Assembly (NCBI GenBank): GCA_021413845.1
Contig: JAIOPP010000084.1
Location: forward strand, 69,890-133,889
Direction: 5' to 3'
DNA: 64,000 nucleotides
Origin: Planctomycetia bacterium
GTDB lineage: Bacteria > Planctomycetota > Planctomycetia > Pirellulales > PNKZ01
The notes under the pieces are model-generated. The model ran no database searches. It saw only the letters and a program-made list of their open reading frames with translations, and was not told the origin of the DNA. How positions within the stretch are numbered: the first letter of the stretch is position 1; each line of letters starts with the position of its first letter. Of the stretch, positions 22,538-31,483 are shown one piece after another. A program made the translations under genes and the position numbers.

Positions 22538-23669
22538 AAGCTGCGCGCGTTGCGACGGCGACCTGTTTCCAAGTAAACGAGTCGGCGACCAACCGTGAAA
22601 GTTCCGCTGAACGAGGGCGTTCGATGGCGCGAAGCACCGCCGAATGAATCTGTTTTAAGTCGTGCGGTAAGACGTACTCCGCGTGCGGTCCGAAATATTC
22701 TTCGGCGCAACCTCCGCGCGGCAGCACGAGCGGCGTTCCGGTCGCAGCGGCTTCGAGTGCGGCCAGTCCGGGCGTCTCGTACCACCCGACGAGCGTCAGG
22801 CAACGACAGGCCGCATAGGCCGAGGCGAGCAACGGGTCGTTGTGCCCTAGAGCGCCGAGAAAGTGAACGTTCGAGTCCGCTTCATGTCGGCATGTCGCCG
22901 CATACTTTTCATGGCCGGGCACGACATCGCCAAGAATCACCAGCGTTTGTCCGGAGTTGCGCAGCGCGCGTATCAAACCGAGTTGGTTCTTGCGCGGCTC
23001 GATCCGTCCGACGCAGAGCACGAAATCGCGCAACCCGAAACGGCGCGTAAAAGCCTGATCGTCGGCGAGTGCGAATCGTTCGTCGAACCCGTTTGGAACG
23101 ACGCGAATCTTCTCGGCCGGTACTTCAAATAACCGCATCAATTGTTCCGCTTCCGACTGCGAGTTCGGCAGCAGCAGATCGGCCGTGTGATAGAGCCGCC
23201 GTCGCCAACTAGATAAGCCCGGCAGCGCGGCCCGCACGGCATATCGCGCGGCGGCGCGACCGCGCGCCAACCAGCCGGCGGATTCTCGCCAAGCATTGCG
23301 CCAGTCGAACCAGGCGATTGTCGACAGCGCGACGCGCTTCCCGTTTCGACGAGCGGCTTCGACGAGCGGCAGAAAGTCTTGTCTGCTTCCGAAAAAATGG
23401 AGCAGGTCGACGTCGTGGTTAAGCGAATCTTCCCATGGTCGCCAGAGCCTCGCGTCGAGTCCCGCTTCGCGTAAGCCGGCGGTCGTTTGCATGAGTTGAA
23501 CTTCCCCACCGCCGGGAGCCGCACAAGCGTCGAACCGTCCGATCGTGCGAACGCGGAAGGGTTTGGTCGACAGTGCGGCCGCTTGCGCAGTCGCTTCTCG
23601 TCCGTGCGTTGTCGCAGCGGCAAGCCAATTGCCGCGATCCTCTGCGGGAGTGTGGTAAACGTTGTGCAT
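22524..23669 (-). CDS. Glycosyltransferase family 4 (GT-B, group 1)
   Basis: GGGEVQLMQTTAGLREAG, VGRIEPRKN, ETPGLAALEAAATGTPLV. The ATG at 23667-23669 overlaps the upstream TGA by 1 nt (TGATG). Confidence 0.85.
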   Translation of the reverse strand: MHNVYHTPAEDRGNWLAAATTHGREATAQAAALSTKPFRVRTIGRFDACAAPGGGEVQLMQTTAGLREAGLDARLWRPWEDSLNHDVDLLHFFGSRQDFLPLVEAARRNGKRVALSTIAWFDWRNAWRESAGWLARGRAAARYAVRAALPGLSSWRRRLYHTADLLLPNSQSEAEQLMRLFEVPAEKIRVVPNGFDERFALADDQAFTRRFGLRDFVLCVGRIEPRKNQLGLIRALRNSGQTLVILGDVVPGHEKYAATCRHEADSNVHFLGALGHNDPLLASAYAACRCLTLVGWYETPGLAALEAAATGTPLVLPRGGCAEEYFGPHAEYVLPHDLKQIHSAVLRAIERPRSAELSRLVADSFTWKQVAVATRAAYELQ

Positions 23670-25153
23670 CAGCCGCGGATCCGTCGCAAAGTTTTCTTCA
23701 TCATGCCCGACCAATGGCCGGCATCGATCTCATCGACCGGCGTCACACGTTCCCAATCAAGGGCCCGACGGAGGATTGCTTTCACGTCGAGCGGCTTCGG
23801 CAGTCGCACCGGCGCGGGTAAGCGATAGGGTTCCCTAGAAGCGAACGAAAGTGCGCCGCGGGCGATGCGCAGCCGTGCCCGATCGAGCGCCACGCTAGCC
23901 GTTCGATCCTCGTCCACGATTTCGAGCGAGCAGGGACATTGCTGCGGCAAGCGATCTGCGGCTACAAGCCAACCATCGTCGGTGGCATACACTTCGAGTT
24001 CGATTCGGTTGCGAAGTCGCCACCAACGTTGGAACTCGAAGAGACTCGTGCGCCATACGTCCGGCAACTGCGAGATCGATCCGAGCACGCGCCGGAGCAA
24101 CTCCGGGTAGCGGCCTACGCGGCCGTCGGGATGGCCGTAGAAGAAAATCGGTATTCGCGCTGCGTGCAAAGAGTCGGCCGCCGCGAGGAAGTGTTCGATC
24201 GTCGCTTCCACGGCTTCCCGTCGCGTCGATTCGTCGAGCACTTGCCTATTCACCGCAAGGTCGGCAGCCGCTTCCAGAACGATACCGAGGCACACCGGAT
24301 GGATCGGGATCTGTAAGACGTCGGTTCTCGTCGGGAAAAAAGGGAGCTCGTCGTAAGCGAAACCGAACTCGGAGCTATGCGTGATGCCGAGCGTTTCGAG
24401 AGCCGTCGCGAGGCCTGGGTTGTAGCGTCCGTGCGGAGCTGCGAAGCCGGCGGGCTCAATGCCGCAACCGCGAAGCACGGCGATGCCGCGCTCGATATTC
24501 GCGATGTTTTCCGCTGCCGTGCGGTAAGTGTGATGACGGTAGCCATGCGAGCCGATGTCGAGTCCTGCGAGTTTGCGAACGGCATCTGCGTGTCGTTCGT
24601 GAGTCGAGCCGCAGACGAAGTGCGTCGTCATCGACGAATGCGGCGCGATTGCGTCGAGCGTCCGCTCGAAATCTTCGGCGACGAATTCATCGTGATCGAA
24701 ACGAAAATTGGCGACGGTCCGATAGGGCCGCGGATAGGGTGCAACGCGCATCCACACACCGCCGCGCCTGTCGACTTCCGCGCGTAACAAGTTCATCACC
24801 TGTTCGCGAATCGCTCGTCGATCCATGGCGGCAATCTCTTCCGTCGCATCCCATTCGCCGACTCGCCAGGCAGCCCGCGAGGCTACCGCGGTTTCAATCG
24901 AGGCGAAAGCATCGCTGCCCAGGCCTTGATCTGCGAGGCGTTTTCGAAGCGTATCGACGTCGATCGCTTGCTGCTGCGAGGTTAAGAGTGGGTGATCTCG
25001 ACGCGTATGCGAATCGAAGAGCACGAACCTGCCGTTCGACCGGCCCGGCTGGAATTTTACGGTTGGAATTCCCTCTTGCGCGAGCATCGAAGCGAGCGCG
25101 TCGGGCACCGCGTCGAGCAATAGCGGCAGCAGCGGAGGAGTCGCGGGCTTCAT
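23669..25153 (-). CDS. Polysaccharide deacetylase (CE4/NodB-like) with extra N- and C-terminal regions
   Basis: FRFDHDEF..., IGSHGYRHHTY, GFAAPHGRY: NodB-like Asp/His motifs in the central domain. Confidence 0.7.
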   Translation of the reverse strand: MKPATPPLLPLLLDAVPDALASMLAQEGIPTVKFQPGRSNGRFVLFDSHTRRDHPLLTSQQQAIDVDTLRKRLADQGLGSDAFASIETAVASRAAWRVGEWDATEEIAAMDRRAIREQVMNLLRAEVDRRGGVWMRVAPYPRPYRTVANFRFDHDEFVAEDFERTLDAIAPHSSMTTHFVCGSTHERHADAVRKLAGLDIGSHGYRHHTYRTAAENIANIERGIAVLRGCGIEPAGFAAPHGRYNPGLATALETLGITHSSEFGFAYDELPFFPTRTDVLQIPIHPVCLGIVLEAAADLAVNRQVLDESTRREAVEATIEHFLAAADSLHAARIPIFFYGHPDGRVGRYPELLRRVLGSISQLPDVWRTSLFEFQRWWRLRNRIELEVYATDDGWLVAADRLPQQCPCSLEIVDEDRTASVALDRARLRIARGALSFASREPYRLPAPVRLPKPLDVKAILRRALDWERVTPVDEIDAGHWSGMMKKTLRRIRG

Positions 25154-25986
25154 GCGGCTTCTCCTGCGCTAAGGCTCAAGCGCGCAACCGTCGCCGGTTC
25201 GCGATGCTCATGTCGCTCGGCGAGCATCTGCCGCCAGAGTCGGCGATGCTTCGTCGCCAATACCCATTCCGAGTAGCCGCTTAAGCCGCAAAATGTCCAG
25301 CCGACGGGACCGTCGAGCCAGCCTTGTTTCCAAACGAGCCGTCGAAATAGTTCTAGGCCGGGGCGCAGCCAAGCGTCGGTAAACGACGGCCGTTGCCAGC
25401 GAGCAACGCGGGCCTCGGCTTCCAGCGTCGTGTAGCGTTGCATCTTGCGATGAAAAGCTTCCGTCGTCGGGAGCGTGAAATGTTCGAGATGCGCATCGAG
25501 CTTGCCGACCGCGCCTGTGATCGCAAATCGTTCGTGGACGGCACCGCCCCAGCGTCCGGAGCCGCGACGCATGAGCCTGAGCGGGATGTCGTTTTGCGTG
25601 CCGCTGAAGCGAAATCGCCGACCAAAGATCGTGCTGCGGATCGGCACGCGATAGCCGGAACAAGCTTCGGTTCGAATGCGATGGCGAACCTCGGCGACAA
25701 GCCGCTCGGTCGAGCGTTCGTCGGCGTCGATGAAGAAGATCCAATCGCTATGGGCACCGTCGATAGCGGCGTTGCGCTGGTTGGCGAAGTTATCGAACGG
25801 ACGCTCGATCACGTGTGCTCCGTGGCGCCGAGCGACTTCGACGGATCGATCGCGCGAGCCGCCGTCGACGACGACGATTTCGTCGGCCCATGCGAGGCGC
25901 GGAAGCAGATCGTCGAGGTGCGATTCCTCGTCGAGTGCGATCACGGCCGCGGTAATCGAGTTTGCGACGTCGAGCTTCGACTTCAC
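25150..25986 (-). CDS. Glycosyltransferase family 2
   Basis: ITAAVIALDEE, VVVDGGSRDRS, FFIDADER (DxD). The GTG start at 25984-25986 overlaps the upstream TGA (GTGA). Confidence 0.85.
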   Translation of the reverse strand: MKSKLDVANSITAAVIALDEESHLDDLLPRLAWADEIVVVDGGSRDRSVEVARRHGAHVIERPFDNFANQRNAAIDGAHSDWIFFIDADERSTERLVAEVRHRIRTEACSGYRVPIRSTIFGRRFRFSGTQNDIPLRLMRRGSGRWGGAVHERFAITGAVGKLDAHLEHFTLPTTEAFHRKMQRYTTLEAEARVARWQRPSFTDAWLRPGLELFRRLVWKQGWLDGPVGWTFCGLSGYSEWVLATKHRRLWRQMLAERHEHREPATVARLSLSAGEAA

Positions 25987-27767
25987 GCGACGACCCTCAC
26001 TGTCGCGCGGATTCGAGCCGTTCTCGTGAGCAAAAAGAATCGCGCAATCCAGCGCGCGTTGTAGTAGCAGGCGATCAAGGCGAGTTCGGCGGTGAGATAA
26101 CCGGTTGCGAGCGCGGCTGCGGTCAGATGAATGCGCACGTCCGCATTTGCCGGTAGATGGTAGAGATACCGCGGCCACGACATCGCTTGCGGGTGTGCGT
26201 CGGCCGCTTGGTTCGATGCGTCCGCTGCGGTCGTGTCAGCGAGTTGAGTGGGGCCGAATAGCGTCTCTCCGGCGGCGAGGCCGTACATCAGCAAGTATTT
26301 TCCGAATAGAAATCCGATTAGGCAGACCCAAGGCCATTGCGATTGTGTCGCGTTCGCAGCGCAAACGGCCATGCAGACGTGCAGCCCGAGATCGACCGCT
26401 TCATCGACGTTGGCATCGAGCCAAGCCCCGAGCGGCGTTGCGCGGGCTTGTCGTCGGGCGAGAATTCCGTCGGCCCGATCGAAGAACCAAGCGACCAAGA
26501 CGAGGATTGCAGCGACAAGCCCGTAGGTTGGCGACGCAAGGAGGCACGCGGCTGCCGAGCAGGCGCATATCAGACCTAGAAGCGTAAGATGCCACGGACG
26601 AACGCGTGTTTCGGCAAGCCCCTTGGAGAATAGGGCAGCTGCCGGACGGGAATACCATCGAGCGAGCGGATAATTCACGGCGCGACGTGCTTCTTCGGCG
26701 TCGAGTTCCGTCGCTTGATCACGACATGATTGAGCAGCGGTAATTACGAGCAGGCGAGTCGGTGAATGCCGTGAGAAGAATTCTCGCTCGCGAGCCGCCG
26801 AGTCAGCGCCGGTCGAGGCTTGGAAGCGGACGTTGCCCGAGCGCGCTTGCCATACGGCCCGTGCTTCCGAATAGGCGCGCAGGAATGGGAAGCGATCGCC
26901 GACGGGGGGTCCTATAGCGCGCACAAGATCGCGAGCAGCGCGTAGCGGCAGTCGGCAAAAATACGCCGCACGATGCCGCAGGCAGCGCAGGTTTTTCCAT
27001 TGAAATAAGAGGGTGTTTCGGAGTGCTAGTCGGTCGGATTCGGTGTTGCCGAAGACACGGCCGAACGTCGCACAGCCGCGATGCAAAGCCACGGCTTCCG
27101 GTATGTAAACGGCCTGATATCCGGCTAGAAAACCTCGATAAGCGAAATCGAGATCCTCGATTCGGCCCGGCAGGTACAGCGGGTCGAAGCCGCCGAGTGC
27201 GACGAAGATGCGACGATCGACGGCCAGCGCCGCGCCTGCCGATGCGGTCGGGCCCGGCAGGTCGGCAACCTCTTCGCAGCCGGCAAACAGAGACGTCGCT
27301 TGTACGATTCCGTGGCGCATTACAACCGAGGTCTTGAAGCCTTCATAGGTCACGCCGTCGAACAGGTAGCAACGAGGCGCGGTCATGAAGATCTGCTCGT
27401 TCGCAAATGTCGGTTCGCAAGGAGCGTCTGAGGAATGCTGCGCGAGGAGCGGTTCGACGAGCGGATCGATGGCATCGTCGGCGAGCTTAATGTCGTTGTT
27501 CAGGAGCACAAGGACACGGCTCGAGAGTTCGCGCGCAATGGTATTGAACGAGGAGAGGCCGTCGTTCGGGAGGGAGCGAACCGCGACCGTTGGAAACTCG
27601 GCGGCGAGCCAGGCCGTAGGGTCGTCGCTCGATCGATTGTCGACGACGGTCACCCGGCAAGTGTGGCGCGAGGCGGCGGCCGCACGTACGATGCTCGGCA
27701 AACACTCGGCCAGCAGTGCGCGGCCGTCGTAGTTCAACACCAAGACATCGATGTCGGCAGCGTCCAT
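25983..27767 (-). CDS. Fusion protein: N-terminal GT2 glycosyltransferase plus C-terminal CDP-alcohol phosphotransferase membrane domain
   Basis: N-terminus: DVLVLNYDG, VVDNRSSDD, LLNNDIKL (GT2). C-terminus: canonical D-x2-DG-x2-AR-x8-G-x3-D-x3-D = DRADGILARRQARATPLGAWLDANVD (26403-26480) within TM helices. ATG at 27765-27767 preceded by GGGGGAAG. Confidence 0.8.
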   Translation of the reverse strand: MDAADIDVLVLNYDGRALLAECLPSIVRAAAASRHTCRVTVVDNRSSDDPTAWLAAEFPTVAVRSLPNDGLSSFNTIARELSSRVLVLLNNDIKLADDAIDPLVEPLLAQHSSDAPCEPTFANEQIFMTAPRCYLFDGVTYEGFKTSVVMRHGIVQATSLFAGCEEVADLPGPTASAGAALAVDRRIFVALGGFDPLYLPGRIEDLDFAYRGFLAGYQAVYIPEAVALHRGCATFGRVFGNTESDRLALRNTLLFQWKNLRCLRHRAAYFCRLPLRAARDLVRAIGPPVGDRFPFLRAYSEARAVWQARSGNVRFQASTGADSAAREREFFSRHSPTRLLVITAAQSCRDQATELDAEEARRAVNYPLARWYSRPAAALFSKGLAETRVRPWHLTLLGLICACSAAACLLASPTYGLVAAILVLVAWFFDRADGILARRQARATPLGAWLDANVDEAVDLGLHVCMAVCAANATQSQWPWVCLIGFLFGKYLLMYGLAAGETLFGPTQLADTTAADASNQAADAHPQAMSWPRYLYHLPANADVRIHLTAAALATGYLTAELALIACYYNARWIARFFLLTRTARIRATVRVVA

Positions 27768-27836
27768 GCTTCCCCCTTGCAAGAACTCGTCCTGAGTTCC
27801 GCGAGGGAGCAATTTAGAAGCGCGGCGAGGGTCGGG

Positions 27837-28802
27837 TCAAGATGATACGCCGGCATCGGCTCCGACGAACTGCGGTGTTTCGGCATAGGTAACCGTTGCC
27901 GTTACCGACAGCGGATCTGCCGGCACGGGCTCAGCGAACCACCAACCATCGCGAAACTCCAGCGTGTCGGTCTCGCGAACGCGATACCACGCGGCAAATT
28001 CTCGCTCGGCTTCGTCGTTCTTCAATCCTCGCACGACAAGGACCAACGCTAGAACCGGTGCCGGCAGCGCCATCGTGCCGACATAAATACCGGCCAGAAA
28101 TGGGCCCGACTCCAAAAAGAAAATACGAAAGATACCGACGATCGCCAAAGCGAACATCACGATATGCGTTTCATACGCCTTGAGCACCAGCCATTTAATC
28201 CATCCGATCGGCGAACGGCGCGGCATCGTCGCAGCCTCGGGGCGGCCGCCCCCTCCGCCGACGATGCGCAGTTCGCCGTGCAGCAGCTTCAGACGTTGCA
28301 CGAACGCCTTGTAGCGGGCATCGTGGCGCAGCCCGAGGATGAGCGCACTCCAGCCCCAAAGAATTCCCGCGACGCACCAAATCGAAAAACCGGTCTCGCG
28401 CATCAGGCCGAAGCCGAGCCCGATCGGTAATAGCATGTTCACGCTATGGTGCATTAAATAGTCGATCATCGTCCCATCGAGCGAAGCGGTGCGATGCCAT
28501 CGAGCGAGCTGACCATCGACATGGTCGAGTAGATACCACAACGGCAAGAGCAGCGCGCCGATGAGCCAGCCCCAAGCGGTGCCGAAACCGAATGCGACGA
28601 TCGCGGCCGATGCGACGAGCATCGCTCCGGCCGTCGCCTGATTCGCCGACATGCCCCATGGCGCAACGATACTTGTAATGTGCAACGCCGCAGGACGTCC
28701 GAGCCGTCGAGCGGTCCAAGAGCCGAGCCGATTTGGATCCGGTTTCAAACACCGCCGACGAAACGTCTCCCAATCGGTCAAAGAAGCGATGGTTTCATCC
28801 AT
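27837..28802 (-). CDS. CDP-alcohol phosphotransferase-family membrane protein (variant motif)
   Basis: DHVDGQLARWHRTASLDGTMIDYLMH (28449-28526) fits DxxDGxxAR-x8-G-x3-D, but the last Asp position reads His. Polytopic membrane protein. Confidence 0.7.
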   Translation of the reverse strand: MDETIASLTDWETFRRRCLKPDPNRLGSWTARRLGRPAALHITSIVAPWGMSANQATAGAMLVASAAIVAFGFGTAWGWLIGALLLPLWYLLDHVDGQLARWHRTASLDGTMIDYLMHHSVNMLLPIGLGFGLMRETGFSIWCVAGILWGWSALILGLRHDARYKAFVQRLKLLHGELRIVGGGGGRPEAATMPRRSPIGWIKWLVLKAYETHIVMFALAIVGIFRIFFLESGPFLAGIYVGTMALPAPVLALVLVVRGLKNDEAEREFAAWYRVRETDTLEFRDGWWFAEPVPADPLSVTATVTYAETPQFVGADAGVSS

Positions 28803-30663
28803 GTGCAGCTTCCTCGCTTATCGCCGGTGCATGCAATCGACCGAAATGCGAATCGGGAATGCATTGCGACGCGTCATGCGATCGGTCGAACAACAATTCG
28901 ACGATGCGAACCGCGGCCTTCTTCGTCGTTTTTTCGGTGGTTTCCGGTGTCGATGGATTCGTTGTGGGGGACGTGCGGCGCAGGGCCATCTGCAGTAACG
29001 GGCGAAGCTCTACGAGCAAACGTGCCGAACCGGCGAGGCCGTACCAGTCGGCGGGGAGTACTTGGCCCGACCCTTGCGGCAAGAGTTGGATGACGGGCAA
29101 GCCTGCCGCCGCGGCATCGACGCCGGCGCTCGACGCGCAACTTAAGACGCAATCGCTCTCGGCTAAGACTTCGGCTAAGGACTGTTTCGCGATCGTACGA
29201 TGGCGTAGAGTCGGAAACTGCTTTAAGGTGCGCGTGAGAATCGGATCTTGGATAGCGCGGGGATGTGGCTTTACGATCAGTTCGGCATCTCCGAGTTCCG
29301 CGACCGCCGCGCAAGCTATGTGCAGCATCGCGGCGTAAGTTCGACTGGTTAAATGAAACTCAACGGCGTCGGGCCGGTCGTCGCGCGGCGGCACCGTCGC
29401 CAGGAGGACGATGCGGTGCTTAGCGTCGGAAGTTGAGTTGCGATTTTCCGGAGAGGCGCGATTCCGTAATGCTTTGCAAGCAACCTGTTGCTGGGCCGGT
29501 GCGCCGGTAACGACGATACGGTCTCTCGCCACGCCCCAGGCTTCGAGTTGCCGCCGCGTTCCTTCGTTCCACGCGCAGAATAGATCGGCTGCTAAAGGCG
29601 CGAAACCGAATCGAATGCAACAGACTCCATGCTGTACGACGAACGACGGAATGCCGAGCCGACTCGCATGTGCCACGGTAATACGAGCCAGAGGCGTAGC
29701 ATCTTCGTCCACTACGACATGCGTCGGCCGTAGCGAAGCTAGGTGCTCGCCGACGCGCCGCCATTGTCGTGCTTGAGCGATCGCCAATCGCTTACGCCAG
29801 CGGCGGTACCAAGTCTCGACGACATCGCCGAGATCGATATCGCCGTAGGCGACCGTCTCTCGTAGGAGCGTCTGCGGAAAAGCGTCGACGGCCGTCTCTT
29901 CATCATCGCAAGTAAGCCAGGCGATGCCGCTCGCTCGACGTTCGATCCACGCGCCGACGGCGAAACGGTCGTAAAGCCAGGCAGCATGCGCACCACGGTC
30001 GAGCACGGCATCGCACACGTCGTCGAGAATCCGCGGATTGCCTACGAACAAGACTCGGGCACGATGGTCGGAAGCGGCAGGAGAGAATTCGTGCGTTCGC
30101 GCCGCACCACGGTTCACACCGCGGTTGGCGAAGATCCAAGCGAGCGCTCGCCGCCACCAAGCATTTCGCGGCACCGAAAACGGCGCGACGGTTTCATCAT
30201 CGCGCATAATGAAATGGATTCGTAACGTGAAGCCGTAGGTTTGCGACATCGCGCGCCAGAGCGCGACGTATTCGTTGTCGCAGCGCGGGGAGACATAAAG
30301 CTCGATTTTCGCAGAAACGTCGTCGTTGGGGCAATTCTGCCAAAAGGCGATGATTCTAAGCCAACGCAGCGCTTCATATCGCAAACGAAGAATGTTGATA
30401 TCGGCGAAGTTCGGTCGCACACTACCAATGTGTGAAGATTCGGCCGGCGCAGCGGCGGCACCGATCTTCGTCGCCAATCGTTCCGCTTCGATGTCTAGAT
30501 GCGCGAAGTGGGAGGCGTCGATATAGGTGTCGAGTGATATGAAATTTTTCGAAACGCCGGCTTCCCAATCCCCTTCCAAGAGCAGTAGTCGTTCGCTCGC
30601 TGATGGCGAATCCGGCTGGAGCAACAGGTCGGGTACCAAGTTGCGGCGTGCGAAAACCAGCAT
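28795..30663 (-). CDS. GT-B-like capsule/teichoic-type transferase candidate (KpsS/KpsC- or TagF-like C-terminal half), 622 aa
   Basis: AELIVKPHPR plus VLSCASSAGVDAAAAGLPVI resemble the K-x-HP and C-terminal Rossmann motifs of the Capsule_synth and Glyphos_transf families. True start is the ATG at 30661-30663 (MLVFARRN), 2 nt after the HAD stop. The longer 838-aa ORF overlaps the HAD gene. Confidence 0.5.
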   Translation of the reverse strand: MLVFARRNLVPDLLLQPDSPSASERLLLLEGDWEAGVSKNFISLDTYIDASHFAHLDIEAERLATKIGAAAAPAESSHIGSVRPNFADINILRLRYEALRWLRIIAFWQNCPNDDVSAKIELYVSPRCDNEYVALWRAMSQTYGFTLRIHFIMRDDETVAPFSVPRNAWWRRALAWIFANRGVNRGAARTHEFSPAASDHRARVLFVGNPRILDDVCDAVLDRGAHAAWLYDRFAVGAWIERRASGIAWLTCDDEETAVDAFPQTLLRETVAYGDIDLGDVVETWYRRWRKRLAIAQARQWRRVGEHLASLRPTHVVVDEDATPLARITVAHASRLGIPSFVVQHGVCCIRFGFAPLAADLFCAWNEGTRRQLEAWGVARDRIVVTGAPAQQQVACKALRNRASPENRNSTSDAKHRIVLLATVPPRDDRPDAVEFHLTSRTYAAMLHIACAAVAELGDAELIVKPHPRAIQDPILTRTLKQFPTLRHRTIAKQSLAEVLAESDCVLSCASSAGVDAAAAGLPVIQLLPQGSGQVLPADWYGLAGSARLLVELRPLLQMALRRTSPTTNPSTPETTEKTTKKAAVRIVELLFDRSHDASQCIPDSHFGRLHAPAISEEAAHG

Positions 30664-30665
30664 GG

Positions 30666-31439
30666 TCAGGCTGCCTCGCGAAAAGCGGATTCGTCGCCGA
30701 GGCGCGTCTCGAAGAGTTGCAGCAATTCTTCGAAGCGATGGAGAAACACCTCGGCCACGGCATCGCGCTCGTAGTGAATCGCAACGGCAGGCATGCCCGC
30801 CCGTCGCGCGCCGATCAATTCCTCGGCGTCGTGGCCGACGAACGCCGTTTGTGCCGGTGCGAGGCGCAGTCGCTCGATGGCAGTTCGATAGCAAACGCCG
30901 GCGGGTTTCGTTTGTTTCAGATCGGCCGACGAGACGACGGCGCTGAAGTAGCGACCGATCCCCATCTGCGCGAGCCGTGGCTCGATCGCCTCGGCCGGCG
31001 ATTCCGAATCGCTCAGCACCGCCAGTCGCAGGCCGTTCGCATGCAGTCGTTCCAGCGTGGCTCGGACTCCCGGAAACGGCCGAACATCTTGCTCGAAGTC
31101 CCGCTTTTGTCGGTTGGAAGCCAAGATCACTTCGTCGACTTGGCTTTCGGTCAGGCCGGTGTCGCGAAGGAAGGTATGAAACGCCTCGGCGTAGTCGCGC
31201 TCGCCGCGGTGCACGGCATCGAGATAGTCGCGGTCCCACACTTGAAAAAAGCTGCGGTAGGTGGTTTGCAGCCCCATTCGATGAAGCTGTTGCAGGAGCC
31301 ATCGCCGCCACACGGTTGCATCGAACAAGACATCGCCCATGTCGAACACGATGCCGCGCACTTTTTGAAACCGCGGCGACGCATTAATACCGTCGTCGTC
31401 GTGCGGCGTGTCGTCGTGAGAGAAAAGCCGGAGCGGCAT
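30666..31439 (-). CDS. HAD-superfamily hydrolase (phosphatase)
   Basis: Motif I IVFDMGDVL; motif III/IV region VGHDAEELIGARRAGM. Confidence 0.8.
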   Translation of the reverse strand: MPLRLFSHDDTPHDDDGINASPRFQKVRGIVFDMGDVLFDATVWRRWLLQQLHRMGLQTTYRSFFQVWDRDYLDAVHRGERDYAEAFHTFLRDTGLTESQVDEVILASNRQKRDFEQDVRPFPGVRATLERLHANGLRLAVLSDSESPAEAIEPRLAQMGIGRYFSAVVSSADLKQTKPAGVCYRTAIERLRLAPAQTAFVGHDAEELIGARRAGMPAVAIHYERDAVAEVFLHRFEELLQLFETRLGDESAFREAA

Positions 31440-31483
31440 GAGATTGGACTTTCGTACGTGTATGCTGGGGTGTTGCGGCGCGG

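Noticed and set aside
30664-31311. 216-codon N-terminal extension of the 838-aa ORF 28795..31311.
   Set aside because: It overlaps the well-supported HAD gene in another frame and is Arg/Ala-rich nonsense. An ATG at 30661-30663, 2 nt after the HAD stop, gives a sensible start.
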